This document shows positions 10,385 through 19,844 of a stretch of 64,000 bases of DNA, piece by piece (positions within the stretch are counted from its first letter, which is position 1; each line of letters opens with the position of its first letter). Source of the stretch: Candidatus Latescibacterota bacterium (GTDB lineage Bacteria; Latescibacterota; CBDEFO01); the NCBI GenBank assembly GCA_965248755.1, contig OZ252149.1, positions 576,001-640,000 of the forward strand, read 5' to 3'. The position numbers and the translations under genes are program-made. The notes below the pieces were generated by a model. That model made no database searches and was not told where the DNA came from. It worked only from the letters and a program-made list of their open reading frames with translations.

Positions 10385-11188
10385 ATGAAGATCGCAAGAT
10401 TCAAAAAAGTTATAATCATTCAAGGACTTGTCCTTATAACCACTTTTTTTCCCGATAGCTCTTCTGCTTTGTCCCCTCTTCCAGGAAAGTATGTCTATTC
10501 CATAAAATATGCCAACATCCCTGCCATAGAGGTGCAAGTTAACATCACGCCACTTATCAAAGGCGGTGCGGTCACTCCGTACAACAAAGGACATTCTGTC
10601 TACAGCATCCGAGCGAGCACAAAGTCCAACAGGTTCTTTTCTTCCTTCTTCAAAGTAGACAACACGTACGCATCTACGGCAGACCTGGAGAGCGGATACT
10701 CCATAGACTTCAGCAAGGACATCCGTCAGAGCAACATAACGCAGGAATTGAAAGTCCGATACGACCAAGAGAATCACAGAGCCGAGCGCGCTGACGGGAG
10801 CACTTATCCTGTCCTCCCGAACACGCACGATCTTCTATCTTTTCTCATATACACAGCCGCACAGCCTCTATCAGTTGGAGATAAGCTCCAAATGAGCATA
10901 GACGTGGAAGGAACCCCCTGGCACCTTGTGGCAGAGGTGATATCCAAGGAAAAGGTGAGGTCTCCCTGGGGAAGAATTGACGCAATACTTTTGAAATCAA
11001 TCTTTACAAAAGTGGGAGAAGGCAGACCTGATATCTGCAAGACAGACCTGCTCACCAACAACCTTATACGAGCAGATACAGAGCTAAGAGTATGGCTTTC
11101 AGACAACAAGGATAGAATCATACTCAAGATCGAATATGGCCGACCGCCCTTCAAAGTGTCTATGGAATTAAAAGAGATGATCAGATAA
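10385..11188 (+). CDS. DUF3108-like exported protein
   Basis: Signal-like N-terminus; FFKVDNTY, HDLLSFL, KEKVRSPWG and RVWLSDNKDRI pattern. Confidence 0.7.
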   Translation: MKIARFKKVIIIQGLVLITTFFPDSSSALSPLPGKYVYSIKYANIPAIEVQVNITPLIKGGAVTPYNKGHSVYSIRASTKSNRFFSSFFKVDNTYASTADLESGYSIDFSKDIRQSNITQELKVRYDQENHRAERADGSTYPVLPNTHDLLSFLIYTAAQPLSVGDKLQMSIDVEGTPWHLVAEVISKEKVRSPWGRIDAILLKSIFTKVGEGRPDICKTDLLTNNLIRADTELRVWLSDNKDRIILKIEYGRPPFKVSMELKEMIR

Positions 11189-11204
11189 AGCGATGCGATC
11201 TTAA

Positions 11205-12830
11205 CCCGCATTCCCCCTATTAAACCAGAACAATGCTTTGATAATATGTCATAACATGTTATTATGTGATAAATAACATTAGAAAATATATGGCAAGTAC
11301 TGGTCGCCCGGAGGGTGAAAGAATGAAAGTAGGTTTTGATGGAGGAATAAAGTTTGAATTTCATGGTGCAAAGGTGACATCAAACGGTGGGCTTCTTGCG
11401 TATCGTGACCTTGATTACGCACTGGGATTATTTGATTCGGTATCAGCGGTTTTTACCGATAAACGCACAGGCCGTAATATCCAACATGATATATCTACTC
11501 TCCTGGGTCAATCGATATACAGCCGTCTTGCAGGATATGAAGATGTAAATGAGGCCGAGCTATTATCCGTTGATCCCCTCATGCGAGCGATCACCGGAAA
11601 AAAGGCCAAAGGCAAGCAAGCCGCCAGCTCCAACACGATAGGACGTTTTGAAACTGAGACACTGACTCAGCACGACAATCTCAGAAACTTGTCAGATATC
11701 AATGGCAAGTGGGTTCAAGAAGCGATGAGTAAAACACATCATCAACGAATTATTCTGGACATGGATAGTTCGGAGAGTCCGGTACATGGCGAGCAGGAAG
11801 GATCAGCTTACAACGGTCATTTCGGGTGTACCTGTTTTCATCCAGTGTTCTGCTTCAATCAGTTCGGGGATTGTGAAGGAGTCCTGCTTCGCTCTGGTAA
11901 TGTCCACAGTGCTGATCTCCCCTATTGAATCTATCGGGGACGAATCGTCAAGAGATACGAGAGCAAAAAGAATAGGAAATACTTTCGAGGTGATGCTGCA
12001 TTCGCAAAGCCTGAGATTTATGATTATCTGGAGGAAAACGGCTATTTGTATCCATTCGGCTTCCCGCAAATGAGATACTCTATGAAAAGATTCGATTCCT
12101 GCTGACTCGGCCAGTTGGACGACCGCCGAGGAAACCGATTGTGTTGTTATATGAATTTCAATATAAAGCGGCCAGTTGGGATCAATCGAGGCGAGTGGTC
12201 GCCAAGGTTGAATGGCACCAAGGGGAGTTATTCCCAAGAGTGGGATTTATCGTGACCAGCATGAGCGCCAAGCCAGAAGGCGTGGTACACTTCTACAATG
12301 GCCGTGGGACAGCTGAGCAGTGGATTAAGGAGGGTAAGTATGCTCTGAACAGGACCCGACTCTCATGCAAGCGTTTCGTCTCCAATCAGGTGAGGCTCTG
12401 GCTGTTTGTTCTGGCTTACAACTTGGGCTACTTCCTGCGACGCTTTGTTCTTCCGAAGAAAATCAAACACTGGTCACTACGCAGCCTCCTCGTGAAATTT
12501 ATCAAAATCGGAGCGAAGGTTGTCAGACACAGCGGATATATTACGTTTCAGATGGCTGAGGTTGGGATAGACAAAAGGTTATTTGCCGAAATATTATCCC
12601 GCATTGAACGATTGCGATGTTATCTGTTTAAACTGCCACATTTTTTTGTGAGTCGATGGAGCGGTGTCTCTAATTAGAGGATTTACATACACAGAAAGTG
12701 ATAATTCAGAGGAAAATGCTATTTTGATTGAAAAAAGTACTTGTTGAAAAATATAAAAGTGATAATATTCATTCACAAACAAGATTGTATCGAAATAAAA
12801 TCCCTCATGAAAGTGATATGGGAATGTCGA
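11205..12830 (+). mobile_element. IS1380-family insertion sequence, degenerate copy 1
   Basis: IRL CCCGCATTCCCCCTATT and IRR ...GATATGGGAATGTCGA; highly similar to the intact copy at 42632-44257. Confidence 0.9.
11323..12677 (+). pseudogene. IS1380 transposase, frameshifted
   Basis: Three fragments matching the intact copy (VTSNGGLL, ILDMDSS, RG.AEQWIKEGK) with indels near 11915-11940 and 12050. Confidence 0.92.
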
Positions 12831-12893
12831 TTAGAATCTAAGCGCTGAGACTTCCCAGCGTCGTATTAGTGTCACGGAAGGAGGCATAGTTCA

Positions 12894-14394
12894 ATGTCAC
12901 CGAAGATACTCGCTGGCCCTCTCTTGGGCCTCGAGGGAGATACCATATATACCATCTGCTTCCTATCGAATCAGCACACTGCAGCTCCCGAGGTCGTTGT
13001 CGACGACATTACTTATCCGGCTACACGAGTTCAAAGTACACCAAGCGGCGTCTTCTAGCGTGCAGTCGTTCAGGTGCAGAAACCGGACCAAGGCAAGTTC
13101 TCTGTCTACCAGATCCGGTCCGGTGGCTCCCGAGTGCCGGATGTTCGTCGCCGCAGCCAGTGGGAGTTCTGGGTGCCTGGAAATGAGGAGCCGAGGATCG
13201 CCTACGCGTCGTGCAACGGTTTCTCAAGCGGCGATGCGAGGACCAAGCTTGCAGAGCCCTACGCTCTTTGGAAGCACATGGTCGAAGATCACAGGCAGTC
13301 GCCCTTCGCGCTGCTCATCATGGGGTGGCGACCAGCTCTATGCAGACGAACTCTGGGAGAGCCGGCGGGCACCTTCTATCGCGGCCTGGTCCGAGCTGGA
13401 TCGAAAGCAGCGTATTAAGCGGGCCGCGGGTCCCCGGTTGCACGGCCAACTCGATCGCTTTTACGAGGATCTCTATCTCCGCCACTGGAACCAGGAAGAG
13501 ATGTCGCTAATGATGGCGTCTATTCCATCGATCATGATGTGGGACGATCATGACATCTTTGACGGTTGGGGTTCGTATCCACGTGATTTACAGACCTGCC
13601 CCGTCTACAAGGCGGTTTTTGGAGCTGCGCGCAAATACTTCGAGCTTTTCCAGATCCGCTCGAACGCCAACACAGCGCTTCTGAACGGCGGTAGCGGACA
13701 CTACTCATTCGGCATTCGCTTCCGTGGCTACGGAATCCTGGGGCTGGACAATCGGTCGAATCGCACCGATAAGGTTGTGATGAATGCACAGAACTGGTCG
13801 GACGTGAAAAACTGGCTCAGCGCAAACAGCGGACGGCACCGCACACTGCTCGTGCTTTCGGCGGTACCGGTCGTCTACCGCGATTTCGGAAGGAGCGAGA
13901 CCATCTTAGAACTTACTCCGTGGGAGGAAGAGCTTAGCGACGATATCCGAGACCAATGGCGCTCGAAGCACCACGAAGGCGAGCGCATGAGGCTGATAAT
14001 GAATCTGCTCAACTTCAGGACGCGCTCCCAACCATCCGACGGAAAGACGGTAATTCTCTCAGTGGATGTGCACGTGGGCTGCCTCGACGTCATCCGTGAC
14101 CAGCGCAACCCCCTTGCGACACGGAGGATCTACCAGGTTGTCTCTTCGCCTATCGTGCACCCGGCGCCGACCTGGATCCAGTGGAGAGGGGTCGTCGCCG
14201 GAAGCAACGACGATCCGGAGAGCCTCGATGATGGTCAGATCGTCACCGAAATCATCATGCCTTACGGAGCTGACGACAAATTCCTTCGGACTCGCAACTA
14301 CGTCACACTACAAGAGGGCAATGATAGCAAACTCTGGGTCAACTGGATCTGCGAAAGCGGTATAGCACCGGTCTATGTCATTGAAGGGTCCTGA
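12894..14394 (+). pseudogene. PhoD-like (alkaline phosphatase D family) metallophosphatase, disrupted
   Basis: GGAGG RBS plus ATG at 12894. ASCNG, GDQLYAD, WDDHDIFDGWGS and S(G>V)DVH motifs are spread over several frames; TAG near 13056; GC higher than flanks. Confidence 0.8.
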
Positions 14395-14738
14395 TGACAC
14401 AGACCGTGATCTGTCCTCGGCCGTAGTACCATATCCAACGTATAATCTCAGGGTCCTCTTCGCAAAAGTGGAACGGAGTAACCCTGCACTGGCGGCCAGT
14501 CTTCGACGCACTAACATAGAATGTATTACAATTACTGGGGTAGGTCACTGCAGCTGGTTTGGAGAAGGACCAGCATGTGTATCGCTATCTCGCAAGGGAT
14601 ACAAAGAATAGCCGAATCGCTGTTGTATACATGGATAGCAAGCTGAGATAAAAATGAGCGCTTAATAGACTCTGCCTGCTCGTACTATACTAAGTAGCAT
14701 AACAGAAGTTGTGGGATATGTTAAGTCAGAAGATAGGT

Positions 14739-14836
14739 GAGATTGTTTCGGAGCTAACGCTCCTCGTAATGACCCAGGGTCGAAGCCAGGCAGTTGAAAG
14801 ATACAGATAAACCGTCATTGAAAGCGAAGCAATCTC
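14739..14836. repeat. GTCATTGCGAG...GAAGCAATCTC-type palindromic element (family B)
   Basis: GAGATTGTTTCG...CGTAATGAC and GTCATTGAAAGCGAAGCAATCTC; related copies at 26513, 57161, 61994 and 63088. Confidence 0.7.
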
Positions 14837-14864
14837 GTGATTTGTCCAGACTATTTTGACCTGA

Positions 14865-15346
14865 TACTTAATCTCTGGCTCCAAAGTAAAACTCATATAC
14901 TTTCCTGGCTTCGTCTTAGCATTTTCTTCCTATCTTTAAGGCGTCTTCAGCGTCTTTCACGTCAAATATCTCCGATGGACCCACTCCTGCAGATTCGTCC
15001 CATAATCTTATAAGAGATGGGGTTTTCTCCCCAAAAAGTTCTTCGATACTTTCTGGGGACCCCGATCAAATCCTAACTTATCGAACAGAGGTAGAGCTTC
15101 CTCGATCACTGCGACCAGGGACGCGTCAAGATTCCCATTTTTCAGCAACCGACGAATCTGATCGGACGGATTATGAGTTGTTTCGACCGGACTCATCGCT
15201 GCAATAATAGCTTTTGCCCCATTTTCAACCGACATTTGAGAATTATCTACATACGATCTTCACCGTGAAAGTTTGAAATCCTCCTCGGCCTCCTTTAAGA
15301 AACCCTCCGCCAACCTCAGCCGATATGCCGAATCAGTCCGAGGCAT
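14865..15346 (-). pseudogene. HEPN-domain protein, disrupted
   Basis: MPRTDSAYRLRLAEGFLKEAEEDF..R*..VDNSQMSVENGAKAII...THNP...DYGDE; internal TGA and a frameshift; coupled to the upstream nucleotidyltransferase; 3' end approximate. Confidence 0.75.
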
Positions 15347-15850
15347 CATAATATCCTCGCCAATCTATTCCCCATTCCACTTTAGGCTGAAACTTCCATT
15401 CCCAGTGTACCTCACCGTTTTCCTCGACTCTTTTTAAACCAGCCTCGGCTATAATCTCCCTGATCCTCTTCAATCTGTTCTCCATAAATCCATCAGTATC
15501 ATAGATCACGATGCCGTCCAACCCTAAATCCAGGAAAAAGGAGGGAAATTCCTCCTCAAACTCGTCCTTTGTCTTGACTATCAGATTTGCCCGCTCTTGT
15601 AGCTTTCCCGCCATACCCTCTCTGAGAGAATAAGCCGCTCCATCCTGCGAAGAGGGAGCTTTCTTGCAACTACAAAAAGGTCGTAATCGCTGTAGGTATC
15701 ACCCTGTCCCCTGGCTCTCGAACCGAAGAGCACAACGGCCACAAGGTTATCTCCTAAATGTTCCAAGAAGACGCGCTTTGCTCTATTGAAAAAGTCTTTT
15801 TCAACCCGTAGTGGGCGTACCACTTGAACTTTACGTTTAGCAGCGGACAT
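15333..15850 (-). pseudogene. Minimal nucleotidyltransferase (MNT) antitoxin, frameshifted
   Basis: VVLFGSRARG...SDYDLFVV motif; frame change near 15600 into the LDLGLDGIVIYD fragment. Confidence 0.8.
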
Positions 15851-15860
15851 CGGACTCTTA

Positions 15861-18602
15861 TCACTTTTCATCCAGCACGTGCACGCCTTCCCAATCATCA
15901 GCCGGAGGATCCTTCTTCCCGCTTTTAAAATCCTGGGCCCTTTTGAGAAATACCTTCGACGGACCATCTGTGCTGTTTATTTTCAGCACCCTTTCGAAGA
16001 ACGAAATGGCTTTGTCCCACTCCATCTGTCTATGCATCTCAATCCCACTTGCAAACAGTTCTACGACGTCCGCCTTCTTTTGATCCAGCTCGCCTTTTTT
16101 AGCCAGGACCTCATAAATCCCCCTCGAATCCTTCTTTCCAACCACCAGAACCCTGTCAATTTCTCGAGCCTCGATGACATCCTTTGCCGCTTCGTAGCAT
16201 TCATCGCTTATCATGATCGACGTGCCATACTGCTTGTTGATCGGCTCAAGTCGCGCCGCTAAGTTCACCGCATCGCCCATGATCGTATAGTCCATCCTCG
16301 ATCTGGAGCCCATGTTTCCCACGACCATAGCACCTGTGTTTATACCCATCCTAACCTGCATATTCACCACTACGTCTGACCAGCCTTCCACCTTCCACTT
16401 CCCTTTAAGCTCTAAAAGTTTCTTCTGCATTTCCAGGCAAGACAAGCACGCATTTTGGGCGTGTTCCTCAAAATATATGGGAGCGCCCCAGAAGGCTATT
16501 ATAGCGTCACCCTCGAACTTGTCCACTGTACCCCTGTTTTGCTCTATGGTGTCCGTCATATCGCCCAGATAGTCGTTCAAAAGCGCTACGAGCTTTGTAG
16601 GCGTCAAACTCTCAGAGATATTTGTAAATCCAGCCACATCGGAGAAAAAAGCCGTTATGACCCTTTCCTCACCACCCAACTGAGGCATATCCTTGTTTTC
16701 AACCATCTGCTCTACTACAGCAGGAGACAGAAAGTGTCCGAACGTCCCTTGAATGAATCTCTTTTCCTGTTCCTCATTTATATAGTTGTAAATAGTTATG
16801 CTCAGATAGCCCAACAGTAAAGTGGACACCGGACCTATCATATCCATCAGCGTCCCGAACCTCAGAAACATGGCAAAGTAAGAAAAGACTAAAAAGAGAC
16901 CTAAAGCGCAGAATACAAAGGCCGCTCCAAGAAATGGTGGTAATCTCGGTATCAAAAGACCTACTAGAACTCCGAAACCGAACATTATCAATATATTGGT
17001 AGACTTAGAAGTCCTTTCCAGAAAGTTGCCAGTTATGATAGTGTTAAAGGCATTTACGTGGAGGCCCACCATAGGATAGCGCTTTGAGTGGGGAGTCGGG
17101 TTCAGATCGTGAGTTCCAGCCGCTGTGGCACCCACGAAAAAGACTGTACCTTCAATATCCTCAGGTGTGATCTCCACTCCGTCGAGGACCCTTGGATAAA
17201 AGTAGAGCGGATGGTCTTCGGGCTTGATGCCACCGTTTTGAATCAGGCTTTTGATTTTGTGGTAGTTAGTCGCCATGTCTTTGACATTCTCTACGCCGAG
17301 TCTTTCGGCGGCCGCTTCCAGGATCAAAGTCGGATCTTCCTTCAGCATATCCGCCAGCGTAATATTAGTCTTTATCTGATTGAACATATCGACAGCCGGT
17401 TTGGGAATGCTAGCCACATCCACTCCCTGAAGCTCTGCAAACTTATCCAGCGTTATACCTGATTGTATCACACTCTCAAAGAACATAGAAACATCCACAT
17501 CGTTGTATATATCCTCCACAACCGTTGTGTCCCCCAGATCCTGCGACATCACGAACGCTTTAGCTTCTGCCGGTTTCTCCCTGAATTCAGGGTGCTCGTA
17601 AAGTATTTTCTTTATATTACTTAATATATCAACCCTCGGAAAGTCGACGACAAAATTATACGGGTAGTGAGAGAATGTCTCGTGATAGTCTCCAGCCCAA
17701 TTTACCATCATTTCACATTTTTCGTTGACCGGGATTGTAACATCCTGCACTGTTCCGTCCGGAAGATGGGCGTTCGGCAATCTTAGGTATTCTCCCGGAA
17801 CGATCTGCACGTTTTGCAACGGGACATCCAGAAAGTCACAGGCAGATATGAATCCTAAAGCGAAAAAGATCCTGTCGTCGTACATAACGATCAAACGGTA
17901 GCGTCTGACCACGCCGTCGCTGTCGGCATCGGGCGTAGCAAAGCCGACGCCCCTCACGGCCTTTACAAAAACCCTCAGGGGAACGTCTATGTCAGTCATT
18001 TTGAAGATCTGGGTCTTGTCGCCCTCTGGATAGTCAAGAGAAAAATCTTTCAACAGGCCGAAGATCTCGTCCTTTTCGCCAGTTCTTGCCTTCGTATTCA
18101 TTTTGATAAAATCTATATCTTGATTTTCCGACGGCTCGAACGTCTGAGCTAAATACACGTTCCCCGCTTCCTTCATCGCCCTTGCCATATCCTCATCGTA
18201 ACTGCTCAGGAGATTCCGTACAGCTTCTGCCGTGTACTCTACCCCGTCGCGCAGTACATTCTTAGGTATTGTACGGGGACTCGGCTCGTAGAAGAATACA
18301 TCAAATACCGTCAGTTTAGCTTTGTATCTGGCAAGAATGTCTACGGCCTTTGCGTGTTTATCCCTGGTCCATGGCCACTCTCCCTGGGTCTGAAGAGCTA
18401 CTTCGTCTATATCCATAGTGGCGACCTTGGGAAACTGTTCTATCTCCCCTCTGAACTTGAAGAAAGAGTCGTGCAACCTGAACTCCAACTGGTCATACAG
18501 ATGCGTCCAATGTGCTATTGCCACGGCTATGCTCACAGCTATTGCAAGAATAAGGTGAAGATAGCTGAACTTCCCCTTACTCTTTTCTTTTTTTTCTGGC
18601 AT
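15861..18602 (-). CDS. CHASE2-domain class III adenylate/guanylate cyclase
   Basis: DIDE...WPWTR and DSDGVVRR (CHASE2), three TM helices, then FSDVAGFT, DKFEGDA and DYTIMGDAVNLAARLE. Confidence 0.95.
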   Translation of the reverse strand: MPEKKEKSKGKFSYLHLILAIAVSIAVAIAHWTHLYDQLEFRLHDSFFKFRGEIEQFPKVATMDIDEVALQTQGEWPWTRDKHAKAVDILARYKAKLTVFDVFFYEPSPRTIPKNVLRDGVEYTAEAVRNLLSSYDEDMARAMKEAGNVYLAQTFEPSENQDIDFIKMNTKARTGEKDEIFGLLKDFSLDYPEGDKTQIFKMTDIDVPLRVFVKAVRGVGFATPDADSDGVVRRYRLIVMYDDRIFFALGFISACDFLDVPLQNVQIVPGEYLRLPNAHLPDGTVQDVTIPVNEKCEMMVNWAGDYHETFSHYPYNFVVDFPRVDILSNIKKILYEHPEFREKPAEAKAFVMSQDLGDTTVVEDIYNDVDVSMFFESVIQSGITLDKFAELQGVDVASIPKPAVDMFNQIKTNITLADMLKEDPTLILEAAAERLGVENVKDMATNYHKIKSLIQNGGIKPEDHPLYFYPRVLDGVEITPEDIEGTVFFVGATAAGTHDLNPTPHSKRYPMVGLHVNAFNTIITGNFLERTSKSTNILIMFGFGVLVGLLIPRLPPFLGAAFVFCALGLFLVFSYFAMFLRFGTLMDMIGPVSTLLLGYLSITIYNYINEEQEKRFIQGTFGHFLSPAVVEQMVENKDMPQLGGEERVITAFFSDVAGFTNISESLTPTKLVALLNDYLGDMTDTIEQNRGTVDKFEGDAIIAFWGAPIYFEEHAQNACLSCLEMQKKLLELKGKWKVEGWSDVVVNMQVRMGINTGAMVVGNMGSRSRMDYTIMGDAVNLAARLEPINKQYGTSIMISDECYEAAKDVIEAREIDRVLVVGKKDSRGIYEVLAKKGELDQKKADVVELFASGIEMHRQMEWDKAISFFERVLKINSTDGPSKVFLKRAQDFKSGKKDPPADDWEGVHVLDEK

Positions 18603-18618
18603 TTTGAAACCCCCTTGG

Positions 18619-18655
18619 CAAAAAACAAGAGGGCAATCCCAACCGAGACTGCCCC
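18619..18655 (-). terminator. Terminator-like hairpin immediately upstream of the cyclase start
   Basis: Minus strand GGGCAGTCTCGGTTGGGATTGCCC followed by TCTTGTTTTTT. Confidence 0.6.
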
Positions 18656-18741
18656 GAATCTGCGTCTTTTGCGGACATCATACTACGAAATGCCCGTTGC
18701 ACTACCCAAAATGCAAATCTGGCTCCCCCAAGCAGGAGCGA

Positions 18742-19689
18742 TTATCTAAAATAGTCAAACGTAAATACACCAATCATCATCAATATCACGAGTACAATCA
18801 GTACAATCCAGAACCTTTTGTTGCTCTGCTCCTCCGCGTGGCCGACCTGGATCTCAGGTTCAACTTCCGTTTCAGGTACGTCCTCTATAGCAGATAACTT
18901 GGCTGTCTTGTCCACGTTTTCTTCGTTCCCGTCCTCTTCATCTACCTCCTCATCCCCCATCACAGCTAAAATGGCAGAAACGTTATCGTGTCCCCCGTTC
19001 TGATTCGCCATTGAGATAAGCTGCCTGCACACAGCGCTCGGATTCCCGCTGTCCAGAATAGCTCTCAAAATGTCGCTATCTTCAACTGGCCCGGAAAGCC
19101 CGTCACAACACAACAAAACACGGTCTCTCTTCTTCAGCGTGCCTGTATAGATGTCCACCTCCACTTCCGTATTTATGCCCACACACCTGGTGACTATGTT
19201 TCTTTCAGGATGATGTCTGGCATCCTCGGGACTTAATGTCCCGCCGTCAACCATCTCCTGAACTAACGAGTGATCCTTGGTGATCTGAGTTATACCCCCA
19301 TCGCGAATCAGATATGCCCTGCTGTCCCCCACGTGACTAATGATGTAGCTTTCACCTTTGATCAGCATCGCTGTAACTGTAGTTCCCATTCCCTTTTTGG
19401 CAGGCTCGTCTTCTGCCATCTGGAATATCATGCGATTAGCTGACTTTACAGCATCTTTCAAAATCTTTCCGTACGCGCCTTCATCCCCCTCCTGGACCTC
19501 CTGTATCTTTGAAACCACATCCTGGTTTATAGATTCCACAGCAGCGGTGCTGGCTACTTCTCCTGCGGCGTGCCCACCCATTCCGTCAGCCATTATGAGC
19601 AGGCTCTGATCTTTATCTATGGAGAAGCTATCCTCGTTGTGATCCCTGATCACCCCTACATCTGTGTCCCCTGCAACGTTTATCTTCAT
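18742..19689 (-). CDS. Stp1/PrpC-type PP2C Ser/Thr phosphatase with C-terminal TM anchor
   Basis: TDVG..RDHNED, ADGMGGHAAGEVAS, MGTT, HVGDSRAY, CCDGL and GGHDN motifs. Confidence 0.95.
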   Translation of the reverse strand: MKINVAGDTDVGVIRDHNEDSFSIDKDQSLLIMADGMGGHAAGEVASTAAVESINQDVVSKIQEVQEGDEGAYGKILKDAVKSANRMIFQMAEDEPAKKGMGTTVTAMLIKGESYIISHVGDSRAYLIRDGGITQITKDHSLVQEMVDGGTLSPEDARHHPERNIVTRCVGINTEVEVDIYTGTLKKRDRVLLCCDGLSGPVEDSDILRAILDSGNPSAVCRQLISMANQNGGHDNVSAILAVMGDEEVDEEDGNEENVDKTAKLSAIEDVPETEVEPEIQVGHAEEQSNKRFWIVLIVLVILMMIGVFTFDYFR

Positions 19690-19844
19690 AATTTTACTCC
19701 CACGCGAGGGCCTAAAACTCGAAGAGGTTATTAAATCGTCAAAATAAGAGCGATCAGCTTTGAATTACTCGCTACTGCCTGTATCTTCCCCTTTTACTAT
19801 CTGATTGCAGGTAGACACGAGAAGGAGGATACTCTGTCCACTGT

